Origin: Pocillopora damicornis
Taxonomy: Eukaryota
Assembly: GCF_003704095.1 (NCBI RefSeq)
Contig: NW_020843690.1
Span: 248,001-312,000, forward strand
Length of the DNA: 64,000 bases
Direction: 5' to 3'
The translations under genes were made by a program, and so were the position numbers. Within the stretch, counting starts at the first letter, position 1, and each line of letters begins with the position of its first letter. The notes beneath the pieces are model-generated. The model had not been told where the DNA came from, made no database searches, and worked only from the letters and a program-made list of their open reading frames with translations. Of the stretch, positions 39,201-54,200 are shown in pieces.

Positions 39201-42200
39201 TTTTGCGGTCGAAGATGACTTCGAGTTCTTGTACAAGCAGGGGAACTTAAACAAGGAAGGAAAATTAATTTCACATCCTTATTGCGGCATATGGTTGAGA
39301 TACAGGTCTCTTAACGCAATGGAAAAATTGCACGGAATTTTACCTCGTCTTGATATCTTTCTGTGAAAAAAGGGACAGAAACACTTTTAGAACTGAAGAA
39401 AAAGCCTTCTCCTGCATACTCCTTGTTAAGTTTTCTCAATTGGATTAAGGTTATTAAGTGTTGCGGCTTTTTTGCGGGACTTTAATGCTTCAAGCCAAAC
39501 AGTTTCTTTTTTTTTTTCTAACTTATCGGGGAAAATTTAGAGCTCTTCTTTCAGGAATGCATGTGTAAGTCTATCGTTGTTAGTTAGTTCTGGAGTTTTT
39601 TTAAAAAATCTTCCTTTTGTAGAGAGCAGAGGAGAATTCCTTGAAAAACTTCAGAGAGCCCGAGGCCAGGTGAAGCTCGGGACACCAAGCCAGCCACTTC
39701 TGTCTTCACCAAGCTCCACTCGACTCTCTGTGGGTAACTGGTCGCTGACGTGCACGAAAGACAAAGAAGTATCTGTACACAATGCCGATGGACAACAAGC
39801 GACTATACTCCGTGAAGATCTTGCTGGCTTTGTTTTTGAGTCAAACAGAGGCACAAAACACACCTTCAATGCCGAGACCTCCTTGGGGCCTGAGTTCGCT
39901 GCTGGTTGGATGGGAAAGAGAGGGAAGCGGTTTGTGTCGAAGGTCGAGGCTCAGAAGCTGAAGATCAGGAATTTGGCAGCTGAGATTCAGGAGAAATATC
40001 TCCTGGCTGCTCAAGCCACACCTCGTGAAGTTGTGGCCAAGTTACAGGAAATTGTCTCGCAGCTGCATTCAGCGTGTTTATCGCAAGAAAATCTTACCAA
40101 GGTAGGCTTAGTGAGTTTTAGTTGATACGCCTGAATGCAGATAAAATGATTGTTTGGAGTGCCTGTGAGACGATTGAAGTGTTATTCTTGTACTTAATCA
40201 ATTCCAAATTTACTTTTACCCTTGAACTCTCAGAAGTGATTAGCATGTAACTTCTCCTTAAAATACCCATACAGTATTCAACAAACAGGTAATGAGAATA
40301 CTCAAAGTTGTTATCTTGATCGAGCGCAAAATTATCATAACTAAGTTACAAGGACATGTTTATTAGTTAGAGGGGGGAGTTAAAAATTAGACCGTGCGAG
40401 TTGAAGGGTTGAGCGAAAATGCGCCATACCAATTACTGCACTTCAATTTTAGAAGTTAGTCCGATATTTTGGTGAAATAATTTTATTTCCTTATTTTAAT
40501 CTAGGCGAGTGTTCAGGATCAGGCAACTAACCCTCACAGTGCGTCTTTCCATCTAGGGGTAGAAATGAGTAAAAGCAGTATGCCAGGGATTCGGGAAAAA
40601 ATGCCGCGGTTGAGGGGTAGGGGTGGTGGGGATAACTGTGATATCCCAGCATCCCGGGAAGTAGTAGTAGTCTTTATGCTACAAAAACCTCAATAATTAT
40701 GTTATGAAATTTAGTTTCGTACGTGTATGTAGACTGAATCTTTATTCTTTAACTTTTTATCGATAGGGAGGGGATGGGAAAGAATCTTGGAGAGAAGAAA
40801 TGTTTACTGCGCTGAAAGGCCTTCTGCAAGTGCTACAAGATGACGCCACTGTTTCATCGTACGAGCTACAATCAACAGGACTGGTCACAGCCCTTCTACG
40901 CTGTCTTCACCAGGTAGGATACATCATACAATAGCTATATTTATTCAGTTTTCGTATGTAGAGCAATTTTCACAGCGGTAAATTAATTAACGTACAGTAG
41001 CCTCTATACTGATTGTTGTCTAAGCCTCCGTATGACCTACGCAAGTTAAGACCGTGTGCGACTGGATTAAGGTGTTGCTTCTTTATGACTTTGCTCTCTT
41101 TTCTCGTTCGTCAGGGAAATCTACTTGTCCAGAGCTGTCATCAATCTTTTGCTTTTCTCTACAAGTACTGTAACCTGGTGTTTATTTAATTCTTGTTTAT
41201 CATCTTTCAGAATGGTAAAACTGTGCCCTCCGACAACGAAAATGCCAACAACCGGGCAGCGGAATGCATCGCTGAAAGAATAGAAGTATTCAAGTCGGCT
41301 TTTGGAGAAACAGAAGACCAATTGAACGAAGAAAAGTACGTGGATAGATTAATGATCAAGGTTTACCTTTCTTTGAAATCACCTAAAATACAAATCATCT
41401 GATTTTGCCTTACAATTTTTGTTTGTGACGTATCTTTGCAGTACTGATGAAGCTTCATCTGCAACGATCCTTGTGAAGAAGCTAGTGGCTGTCTTAGAGT
41501 CGACAGAGAAGCTGCCTCTTTTGACTTACGAATGCCCAGGATCTGGTCTTCAGGTGTGTTAAAGTTATAGCTGTAAACTGTCAGTAGACTACGAGTTGTC
41601 CCTTATATTCGGAGAAGTCCGTCGCACAAGTCCTGCAGTGCATCGACGTGAACTTTTTTTCGCTGATTTTTTGCACTCGCGCGACAGACTTCGTCGAAGG
41701 GAAGAGAATTCTCGTAGTCTAAACTTTAAGATGCAACAAGCCTAACCTACCCTAGTGTTATGAGGTTGTCAAGAAATAAAAAGAGTTTAACCCAAAGATC
41801 GCGGTAGGAAAGCTAATTGATGACATAAATATGTTTCGTTTATGTAACGAGAGGGAAGTACTTCCGCTAAAATTTTACTTCAAACTATATTTGCTAGTCA
41901 AAAAGAGGTTAGGGGGTACAGAACTCTGCCGTGATTTAAATTAGGTCTTGCCAGAAGTACATTGAAAAATAACACAGGAATCAAATACAGATAAAGCTTT
42001 GGTTTAAATACCTTCGCTCTCAACTTATTTTGCTTGATTTTGCTTCTCAGGTGCTCGCAAGGCGTTTAAGATTCCAGTTAGAACGAGCGCCAGGAGAGAG
42101 TTCTCTAATTGATAGAACAGGAAGAACTTTAAAGATGGAACCACTAACAACTGTGGGAGATTTAGAACGATATCTTTTGAAAATGGTGAGACTATGTATT

Positions 42201-45200
42201 CGTACGGATTCTACTTCTGGCAGCCTCCCCTCCCTCAACTGTAAACGCAACTTTCACACAACTACATCGTCTTTGTTTGACATTTGGTGACTTGCATACT
42301 TCCGTGTTTTTTTTCTTTTTTGACACTCCATCAAAAGTGCTCTTTCTTTCGTTTCCTCAGGTTGCTAAGCAATGGTATGACCACGACAGAAGCACCTTTA
42401 ACTTTGTACGTCTCCTCAAAGGAGGAAACAAGACCAGCTTCACTCACATGCAGGATTTTGACGAGAACGGTATCCTTTACTGGCTTGGTACTAACGGAAA
42501 GTCCACTCCTGACTGGGTTAACCCTGGTTCAGTTGGGATCGTGGCAGTCAGTACCTCAGAGGGGAGAGGACTGCCTTATGGGAAGGTCGAGGACATCCTG
42601 AGTAGGGATGCTGCAGCGCTCAACTGTCACACCAACGATGACAAGTAAGTCGTGTTGCGAGGAGCAATCGCTGCTCTTGTTGTTAGGGTGTGTGAATACT
42701 TAGTGGTAGAGAAAAAAAAGGACTTTTGAAATTTACAGTTGGAAGTCTTCGCTTTGGGGTACTCTTGTTTCATAGTCAATTATCTCAGCTCGCAAATGTT
42801 TCTGGCAGGATACCGAAAATTATCCGATTTTAGTGCGCATCGGAACCCAAATCCCTCAGTCAGCTGCAGTTTCTGACGTTGACTGTTTTTTTTTCCCACA
42901 GAAATGCCTGGTTTGCCATTGATCTAGGCGTTTGGTTTAGACCAACCTGTTATACACTCAGGCATGCGCGTGGGTATGGAAGGTGAGTTTCTTGATCCTC
43001 TGCGGTGACGTGCTCATTACAGTTAATCTCGACAAGAATGAACTATCTTTTTTAACTTCAAATTTATCGCTGTACTGTCTAGAACATCACAATGCTTCGG
43101 TAATTTAATATAATTGCCTTCGTTCAAGAAGTCATAATCGGATTAAAGCGAATAGAAACTTGAGTTAAAGTAAGCACTCAAGGGCAAGCGGGAAGAAGTA
43201 CTTTTAACCCTTGAACTCCCATAAGTGACCAAGAAATAATTTCTCCCTACAATTTCAATACAGTATCACGCAGACAAGTGATGACAATAATGAGACCTAT
43301 CAATTAGATGATCATTAGTCCACCCAATGCCAAATTCTCCAAATCAACATCTTAAGAATTGCTTGGCACTCAGTGAGGAGAATTACCAATTAGATCTGAT
43401 GAGGAATTCTGCTCAGTCTGTCGGAACGTCAGTCACTGCTACCGACAACAGTCCCTCCCAGGACTTCTCTTATCCCAATGATAAGTCCACACGCTCAAAT
43501 GTTACGTCACGGTTCAAACTGTTTATTGTTAGGACAGAATTTGTTTTAAAAGTTGAGAACTTCAAGGTTTTAGTTTTGAATGAGTCAATGACAAATTATA
43601 TTTACCTGGCTAAATCGATTCTTAGGTCTGCTCTTCGCAACTGGCTTTTCCAAGTGAGTAAGGATGGAAAGACTTGGACAACACTCTATACTCATACAGA
43701 TGATAACTCGCTGAATGAACCCGGGTATGAAATCTTCCTCACTGGGAATTTATTGTGAACTGTCGCTCGTTTACGCTCGTGCGTGTGTCTTATTTTAGAC
43801 CAAGAGCAGTGGCTCCTTTTCAGCAAATTCCGTCGCATAATTCAAAGAAAAAAATAGCCAAAAAAATTGACGATAGTGCCGGAACTCTGGGAGTGAATAT
43901 TGTAAAAAGCAACCGAAGTAATCACAACAGCCCATCAGAGAAATGAAAACATCTTAAAGAGCCAATGAAAACTCGAAGTGAAAACAATCCAACTGCCGAA
44001 AATGCGGGAAAACATGGAGAGAGTGACCAATCACAGAGCGAAGTTAAGCAAAAGCAAACAAAAAATTCCCGGATTATTTTCGACACTCAATTGGAAAATT
44101 GCTCTAACTTCAGGTGTAGGTTTTTAGGTAGAGAGGAAAACTAGAGATCCTGAAAAAAAAAAACTTTCGAAGCGAAGGAGAGTTCCAACATGCGACGCCA
44201 GTTCCCTAGAATGGAACCCAGACCACGAGGATCAAGGAGAATGATCTCACTACTACGCTATCCTCGATCCCGTAAATAGTAATGAAATAATAAATAAGTT
44301 CTGATGTTACCTTTACTAATTTTCTTTGGATCAAGACAGATGCCTTAACTCCCCTTCTATCAACAGGTCAACAGCTTCCTGGCCGCTGGAGCCTCCGTCT
44401 GACCAAGAAGGATGGAGACACGTTCGTTTGCAACAAGCTGGCAAAAATGCCAGTGGTCAGACCCATTATCTGTCCTTATCGGGATTTGAAGTGTACGGAA
44501 CAGTAATGGCGGCCGTTGAAGAACCGCTGGGTGAGTCGCAGTGGAAGAGCTCTTGCTCTTTCACTCCCAAAATTTCTCCTCGCACTACCAGTAAAGTATC
44601 AAGCAGATAAGTTGCTTTTTCAAATTAAATGTATTGCTTTTCTAAATAGAGTGTACTGCCTTTTGCAGCTCCAGAGTTGTCTTCTTCCAAGAGTGGTACA
44701 GCTGGTGAGAAACTCGCTAAGTCACTGAAGCCCAGCTGGTCTCTGAGTCCAGGCAAGGCTGCGAGAGAGGTGGAAGCCGCCTTACGCCGTCAGCGCCGCC
44801 TCATTCGCTCCCAGATGCTGAAGCATTTGAATGTGGGTAGCAAAGTGGTCCGAGGGGTGGACTGGAAGTGGAAAGACCAGGATGGAAGTCCCCCCGGCGA
44901 GGGCCTGGTTACAGGGGAGCTGCAGAACGGTAACGGTGATAACAGATTTTTTTGCTTTTCTAGGGAAGGGAGGGTGGAGAAGTGTGGGGTAGGGAAGGGA
45001 GGGGGGAGATTATGAATAGTGATTCGAATGAATGTAGGGGTTTCAATAAACCCTTTTTGATAAACAGATGGTAAATTAGGCGGCTGCAATCAAAAAGGGG
45101 CCGCAAGGTGAAACTTAAATAGAGAGCCTGCATGCTGGCTAAATAGATCGCATAGACCCTGGTAACTGGCTTTTAATGAAACCTCTGTGTGTGCCTATTG

Positions 45201-48200
45201 AGATGTAATATTAAGAAGCTTAAAGTTTTCTGATTTTGATAGACCCTTTAGACTTTTGAATGAAGGAATGGCGACCAAGATCTTGTCAATGATAATTAGA
45301 AATTAGGAAGATCGAGGTGCTCATTACGAATGCGAGAAAGTTGACCTTGTCTTTCTATGGTCTCATATGTGTGCCGGACAATGTGTTAAGATTCTTGGAG
45401 AAAATACCCTACCAATCAAAATCTATATCAAAATTCTCGACTTTGATTGGTTACCACCAGCCTATTTGCACTAATAGGACTGCGCGTGTTGCGCTTATAA
45501 TTGGACAGTGTTATGGACATTGTATGCGTCATGCCTGTGTAACTGGACAGCATGCATCATGTACGGTCGCCTTTGACGTGCATTTCGCCGAGTTAAGTGT
45601 TGTTCATATGAAAACTTATAACTCGGTGGCTAGTTTTTTTTTCTCAAATTTTTTACTAGTTTTGAATTATTGGTAACAGGAAGTCGTGTCACCCAATCCT
45701 GTCTGTAATCACACTCGTAATAAATAAATCATCCCGCTTCTCGGTCGGATTTTGTTTATCACTCGTGTGATAGCTGACCGTATTGGACTCCACTCAGTCC
45801 TGTTACCATTACTACTCACTTCTAGGTGTGAAAGGGATAAAAGATGAACATTTACATTCTTTTGAAGTGGAATTATTCTATTTTAGGTTGGGTGGAAGTA
45901 GCTTGGACTAACGGTACCTCAAACTCTTATCGCATGGGAGCCGATGGAAAGTTCGACTTACGCGTGGTAGAGACAGGTCCCTCAACTGATTCTTCAGGAG
46001 AGCCCTCGTCTTCAGCCCGAAGCGATAAAGGACAATATGAGGAGGGACCCTCGATCGAGGAAGCCGAAGTCGAGTCGCTAGAGAAACGTCAGGAGGAAAG
46101 TTCCTCGACGTCCCAAAGTGACGAGGTGTCAAGCATGGCCCTAGTTGAAGCTGTTCGTGTTGAGGAGATCCCCGATGAAGGAGTTTTTACTTCAGAAGAT
46201 GTTATTGAAACTTTAGGGAACACACTGGTAGTGTTGGAAACAACAGACAGTACGGAGATAGTGCCTAGTGCTGATGAACCCAAAGAGACCGTTGGAGAGG
46301 TTCAAGAGATTACTGAAGAGGAGGGTGTGGTTACTGAACCTTTGAACTCTGTTACGGAGACAGCTTCTAGTTCTAAGACAGCATCTGTTAATATTTCTGT
46401 GGCGGAGACTGCGAGGAGGTAAAAACGCTTATTAAGAAGAGCCCGAGATAGTTAGAGTTTGTGATAGATTTACAGCATGCTTATTGCAAAATCGAAGAGC
46501 AAACGTTTCTTCTGAATTCTCATGTAGATCTAAAGGAAATCTAATAATCAAGATATCTTCACCTCATTGTACAAAAGGCCGAAAGGTGTAGGCAAAGATG
46601 TGTTTAGAAACTCAGTCTTCAAGTTGTCTGTCTAGTAACGCATGCTATGCTGTCTAGTGACGCATACTATGCTACAACCTGTGGTCCAAAAAAAATGTGT
46701 TTTAAAATATTCTTATCTTCAAGCTCTGAGTGAGTGTATAGCTACGGATCGATCCATTTTATGAACCCTAAATATTCCATGATCTAAATATCAATTCTCC
46801 CCCTAAGCTGCTGAGTAATTCCTTGTTAGTTAGTGGAAAGAATTTGGTGTTGCATCTCTTTAAGCTGCTAAGTAATTCCTAACTGATTCGGGGAAAGAAG
46901 TTGGTGTTATGTCAAGATGATAACATTCAGTTTCTGCGTTTTTCCATCCCGATCAGTTTGCTTGATAAGTAATGGCGATTGAGAGGAAAGGTATTTTTTT
47001 TGATCGTTCTTGTGAGTAGAGTCCTATCCTTCAAAGCTCCATGGTCAACATATAAATTCTCGTCGTTAGTATCAATTATTTTCCTCCGATACGTTTCGTG
47101 AGTATTCGTTAAAGATCAGGCAAAGTTTCTTTGATGACCAGTTCCCTGATTCTCCTGACCTGTACTCATGATAATGAACGGATTTTATGAAGAGAAAGTT
47201 TTCTTCTGATTACTCTTACAGCTCAAAGAGTTAACAACGTCTGTTTCCTTACAGATTACTGAGCTCAGCTGTATCTGAGGCTAACTCAGCAGCCAGCAGC
47301 CTCTCCCGGGCCTCTGACTTGGACATGTACGTGGCTATGAGAGGTTCAGGGCTGTTGACAGGACTTGAGGATGATTATGACCTTCCTGAACCCGATGATG
47401 ATGATGACGACGACGATGACGATGATGACGATGACGAGAATGATGAAGAGAATGAAGATGATTATGAAGTGAGTGGATTAATGAGTCTATGTTGACAGGA
47501 TCAACGTTACCACCTTTGAACTAGTTTGGACAACGGAGAAAAATATCCTGATGCACTTTGACCTTTAAGAGTGACTTGCATCTAATTTCTCCCAACAATA
47601 TTACCCCAAAATCTCATGTTAAGGTCAGGAGAATAAAGGAAATAATCACCAGCTGATGAAGCCTTTGATAATTAGACAAATTCTCCTCGTCAAAACCTGA
47701 AGACATGTATAGAGAACAGTATGAAGAATGTACATACTAATGTTAGGGTGTAGAGGGTTCTCACAAGGGGGAAATGCTCCAAAGTGGTGGCAGTAAAACT
47801 GAAAGGAACGAGACTGGTTGACCCTTTCGCCTCAAGATCTCATCAGTAATTATCCTCTTCGTTTGCCATACAATTCTTTTAATTTTAGTTCAGAGAACTT
47901 GGCACTAGATCAACTAATAATCTCCAAACAACTATTTTTCAATATTCTCATAATCAGTTTGCTTGATACTATATTGATATGGGAAGGAGAAATTTTGTCG
48001 TGGTCACTCATGGGAGTGGTTCATGGCTCATGAAAAAAGTTTCCACTTAACAGCTCATTTTACTTTGCGTGTTTGAATAAAGTTCACCGTTGCTCATTTG
48101 CACAACTTTTATTCCAGTGGTATATCAAAACTGACATTAACGATAACATTCAACGGTCAGTGAGAGGAGTGTGTCTGTAACGTCATGGTGTTTGCGTTTT

Positions 48201-51200
48201 GATCATTAGGTTGAAGAAGAGCCCGAGTCACGTGGTGGACGTCGCCGAACGTGGGATGACGAGCACGTGCTCAAGAGACAGTTCTCGGCGCTAGTGCCTG
48301 CGTTTGATCCGAGACCAGGTCGAACCAACATTGCGCAAACTCAGGATATTGTGATTCCTGCACCAGGTAGTGTTCAGGCTGAAAGTTTGAAATGCCCTTT
48401 TTAGACCATCACTGAAACGTAACAGCGCCATTTTTAGTTGAGTGTCGAAAGGAATCGTGGATTGTGTTGATTTAGCTTCGCTTTGTTCTCTGATTGGCTC
48501 CCAAAGCTCGCGCCACTCTCTTATCGAACTAAACTAAAAACTAAAATCAATTGCGACTAGTTCAAGGGATCAAAAACACGGAGGGAAATTCAATCGTGTC
48601 AATATCTTCAACAGGTTCTCAAGAAAGTAGTTCAACAGAGATGACACCTCCAACAGTAGAACCTCGCCTTTACTTGACTCTTAAGGGACCTGCTTCGTTA
48701 ACGGTAAAGGTCTTTGTTTTGTTTTCATTGCAAACCATTCTTCAACTAGTTATTGTTGGGGCCTATTCGAGATACTGAGTTGTGTCATTAGACGTGGCAC
48801 TTTTTTTCTAGCTTAAACAGTTATGTTGTTTATAAATCGTTTTTTATTTCTAGTAGTTTGACGTAAACGGCCCGCAAACTGAAAGCAGTGAACACAAAAT
48901 ATGCATGAAGATGGAAGCTTTTGTCCTAGCTTTCCGTATGTCTGTGCCTCGAAACCAGTCGATAATTCTGTGAAAAGCCTCGCCTTTATCAGCTTATTTT
49001 ACGTCAATCAATTCTCAAATTTAGGCTTCCAAGCATTCATTGTTATGATCAACAAATCCACCAATCACAGCTGTTGAAAACCAAGCAATCACAGCACAGC
49101 ATGCAACCGTGCTGTATGTAACGAGGTAATACCTACCAGTCGCAACCTTAAGAAGAACCGCAACATGCAGTAGAGACGTCTCGCTCTACATCCAGCCAAA
49201 CCATTTTGCGAGACAAACAATGATACTTCTTGATATTGAGTTTGTTGTTGTCTTTTTTTCTTTTTCAAGCTTCCTGAGGTGGAAATTCGTTTAGATGACC
49301 CTAAGGCCACCATTTTCTCTTATGTGCAAAAGGTCGCACTGGCTACTGGGATATCTAAAAATGAGCGAATGCGGAGAGTCTGGGAACCAACTTACACGTA
49401 AGTGTTATCAGAGATATGTAGTATAGGTATATAAAGGCAAAAAGTGAGGCACACTAAGGTCGGCTATTTGCTTGGGTTTGTTTTTGCGTGCATGTAACCT
49501 CGTACAAGTTAATTTTATCTGTTTATTTATTTATTTATCTATTTATGCATATATATATTTTTTTTTTCATCTAGCGTCGTCTATCGTGAAGTACACAGCC
49601 CTGACCAAGAAGAAAACCCAAGAGAAACCAAAGAAGAGACCGAAACTACGGTAGGATTTAATGTTGATATGCTGTCACAAGACCACCAGGTAAACAGTGG
49701 CAGGATCTGTCGATCAAGTGGAATTAAAGGCCAACTGTGAAAGCAATTAACGGAAGCTCTGTCGTAATAATCGACTAACCGGCTGACCGACAGGCAGACA
49801 GACTGACAGAGTCGCTGGCCGACTGACTGACAAACTGACAGAAGGACTGATCGGCTGACTGATAAACTGACTCAGTGACGCACCAGCCGACCAACTGATT
49901 GATTGTCATACTGCCTCTGGCTGACTGATTTTCTCTCGATTAATTACTGACTCGGAGAAACCAAACTGACCCGTTACTGACTATTTCGTTGATTAAATCA
50001 TTGACTGAATCGTGGATTATTTATTGATTTACTTTTGATTGATTCATAGGTTCACTGGACGACATCATATGTAGAGCGCTATTTGGGCACTGATGAGCTC
50101 CCTAAGTCTGAGGTAATCTCGTTCCTTCAAAGAAATGCTGACGCAGCATTCCAAAGAAAATGGAAGTTAACAGGCGTACCTAAGAGCATAAGGAAGAACA
50201 GGAACTGTTCTCAACTCGTGGCAGCCTACAAGGTATGACACTTGAAGACATCCTGGGGTGAAGGCAAAAATAAACAAATCTTATTTGCACTGTCCTCCAC
50301 CTTCAGTTTATGAGCCATGAAATCGTGAACAGTTTGAATGCGAGCAAACTGATACGTGCACATAGGTCTGTTTCAGGAACAAAAGTTTTCGCAAAATTCT
50401 CCATGTCACTACAACTTGTATACGTAACCCTGGCGTCCACGCCTTTAAGATCAATTTCCTCGATGGTTGTTAATAGTAGTGATGAATTTCCTTGTACACA
50501 GCAGTTTCGCGTTGATTCAAAGGAAAAAAATTATTACTATGATTTAGTGTATAATTTTTTGGGATCTATTGAGACTGACTCTGTGCGTAACGAATTCTGA
50601 TTTTTTCCTTTTTAGGGGAAGGGGTTTGTTAGGAAAATTTCTCCTCATCCTTTGCTCTTTTCTTTCCTGTCAGGAATTTTGCAACAATTTAGACTCGTCC
50701 CCACCTAGCTCTCCTCCATTTGAGAAACCGGTATTAAAACAAGAGGTAAAACAGGAAGTGAAACAAGACAAAACATCCACGGAGCCTGCCCCTGTTGACG
50801 ACATCTCCGCAGTTGAAGATATTCTACAGCTTCTGAAAGTCTTAAATAGTATATCTACAAGTTCTGCGCATGACTTTGGAGAAGATGGTGAGACCAAATA
50901 CTTTCAATTAGTGTTTTTATCTGTTTACCAAGCATGTGTGATAGGTCAATTTAGCGGGCGGTACTCTACTGCGCGGCCCTCTAGAATTCACGCTGATTTT
51001 TTTTTCCTGTCGAAATTCCCATATTGTTTGCCGCTTATTTTTAAAATCTTTTGGTTTCTTTAAATTGTATGCTAACTGCTGAAGAAGCGTTTCGAATTAC
51101 CTTGGTTTGCTTTCGATATGCGCAGTCGCGTGAAGCCGTTCCGTGTGACTCACAATCGTTTCCCAAACGCTTCATACATGCATTAGATAGTTAATAAAAG

Positions 51201-54200
51201 TCTTTCCATCTTTGTTTTCTCGCACTGTTCTCTCCTCGATTTTTTCCTCCACGAAAATGTCCGGTAGCTCACAGAAGTGCAATTTTTCATTTTCTTGGTC
51301 AGCATAACTGTTTTTTTTTATTATTATTCTTTAGTCATTGTTTCCTCCTCAAAACAATATTGAGACGTTACATTTTTCTCCTCTCTTTTCAGGTAACGAG
51401 AAATACGGGTTTATCGTAGACAATGAAGACTTCACAAGTAAAAAACTAACAACTAAACTTTTGCAACAAATTCAGGTAAGAAGTGACGGATGTCGATAAA
51501 ATGCAACTGTGAATGTATATCGCGCTCTTCCTTAAAAGGCGGTTACATCCACACACTCGTATATGCTTTGGGAGATAAGAATGACTCTCATAATATTCCT
51601 TAGCAAGTTTTAAGGAAGCTTCCAACCTCAGCATGACCCCTCTCAAATAAACCTCGCCCCTGTGAGAAGCACCTCTCCACTGTGAGAAGCACCCCTCCCT
51701 TATAAGCCCCCTGTCTATTAAGCGCCAGTTGAAAGCCCTGGAAATCAACCATTTCATTCTCAACGATTATCAGGAAAAAATTATCTTAACAAAATCGATA
51801 CATTTTCAAGCAGGAAGGTGATGAGATTAAAAGAAAGAAAGACATCAATTTACTAATGTTGCTTGGTATGATACCAAATTCTCAAAGCTAATTTTATAGG
51901 AAATGTATGGCAGACAGTGCAGAGAATTGATATTTGTATCTTGGGAGTGAAAGGGTGACTAAGACCAGATGAGAACTTATAAGAGCTTTTTCAGTATGTT
52001 TACTCTACATTTCTTTCATGTCTGCAGGACCCTTTAGTGTTAGCCAGTAATGCCTTACCAACCTGGAGTGGAGTGTTGACAAGCACCTTTCCATTCCTGT
52101 TTCCTTTTGAGACAAGACAGCTGTACTTTTCTTGTACGGCTTTCGGTAGCTCAAGGTAAGAAAGCCGCAAAGACATCTTACATGGGGAAAAAGCGACCGT
52201 TTCACAGCTTGCCCTTCAAGCGCGAAATTTGTACGAAGCCCTAAAAACTCCACTTGCCTATCAGGCAAATGAGGTCAGAATCCGCTATCCCGATCGCGAA
52301 ATCGCCATAGCACAGGGCTATTGTGCACGGCTTTTTTGCACGTTGGCGCCGTCCTCTTAGTCTTAGAAGATGTTGAATTTTAATCAAATGCTGCCAGGAG
52401 CGACAAGTTTTTGATCACTCAACCATGGATTTATTTTAGAAACGTAGTCTTAGTTCAGGCAGGTTCCGTCGTCAGTCTTAAGATATACTTTTTTCAATTT
52501 TTAATGGCAGTTAATACGCTTGTGTGAATTGAAGTCGCATCACAACGACAAAAAGGAAATTTGCGACACCAGGGAGTGTCCCAACGTTTGTTCAAATCCT
52601 GCTCTAATCCATCTTTTTCCTGGCGTATCTTTTGTTTTTTGTTTTGCTTTGGTTTTCTGGAATGCGAATAACTTCTATAATGATTGCTATTTAGTTCACT
52701 CTTTTAAGAGCAGCGAGGTGGAAAATGACATTCTACGCTGTCCATGGAGAAATGCGGACAGTATCCGTTAACCAGCCATCGTTCCAAGCCCTGCGGCATT
52801 TACCCCTAAACTCGTAGTAGAACTTCAAAAGCTATCGCGTTTTACTTGCAAAACGAGTCTTAGCTGACTTTGTTACGTCTCGAAAATCTCTTGCTCTTTA
52901 TAGCATGTGAAGGTACCCTTAACTCTCGTCAAGTTTTTTTTTTTAAACAGCTTACTTCTCATTGTTGATGTTTTGTTTTTTGTTTTTTTTGGCGGTTCAA
53001 CTTTTCCCAATACTTACTTGGGAAAAGGGGGATTAATTGTTTAACACTAGTGACAATGGTTGAGGTTCTTTCTCCATTAGACATCGGTTGACGTGAATGT
53101 GTAACATTTCTTCTCAGAGCAATAGTATGGCTGCAAAACAAACGAGACGTAGCGTTGGAAAGAAGTCGTCCACTGAGTCACAGGCGAGAAGAACAACACG
53201 AATTCCGAGTGGGTCGATTAAAGCACGAGCGTGTGAAGGTTCCTCGAGGAGATGAGGTAAATGTCCCTCGAAATTTGCAGGATGGTTTGAAAAAAGGAAT
53301 TACGAACGGAGTACGGGACGCAGTGTGATATGTGATATGTGATACGATGTGAAATTTCTCCTTACAATATCACCCCGAATCACACATTAGTGAACAAATT
53401 CTCCTTGTCAGCTCGTTAGGAAATGTATAGAGAACAGTATGGAGAATATGCGTATTGATCACCATTATGTGTTGTGTTCTTGGGTAAGACACTTCACTCT
53501 CGTGGTGCCTCTCTCCACCCAGGAGTAGAACTGGGTACTAGGGAACCTAACAAAATGCTGAGAGATAATCTTTAAGAGACCCACGTTATAGCTTTCCGGT
53601 TGTTCGTAAGTGCTCGAGCTTTCGCCTGATTGGAATATAAGGTTCGGAAAATATAGACAGACTGGCTGTAGCTCCACGACCTGAAGTAGTAATGTCATTT
53701 TTGTTTGCCTTTCAGTTGCTTGATTGGGCAATGGGTGTATTGAAATTCCATGCAGAGCGAAAGTCTGTTTTGGAGGTTTGTGTCTGTCCCTCATTTACTC
53801 GTGAATTTTCCTGACTAACTGGTAATAATTAACAGTCAGAAAGAGGTTGAAATGAATGTTTTTTTTATGGTATCAGAGGTCTCTTGTGTGATAGACATGA
53901 TAGCTCAGTGATAAGTGTGACTCAGCGTGCGAAGGTTTCAAAGGCGAACTCCTTACTCGTAGGGCGAAGCTTCATTTGCTTCGTATGCACAGTCGGAGTC
54001 GTTAACAGAAGCGCAGAACGATACGATCTGTTGAAAATCAAACTGACAGAATAGAGAGCAGCCTGTAGATGTTGCTCGTGGCTCTGTCTTGGAGAAATGT
54101 CAGAGGATAGCTTTCACCCGATTAGCGTTCCTTCCACTCAGGATCAGTAGTAAGACCCTTAGTCTCCAAGCCAAGTGATGGTGAATGAACTGAATTCAGC

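Noticed and set aside
43725-44366. U12-type branch-point-like CCTTAAC before HECTD1 exon 20
   Set aside because: The donor is GTATGAAA, not the U12 consensus RTATCCTT.
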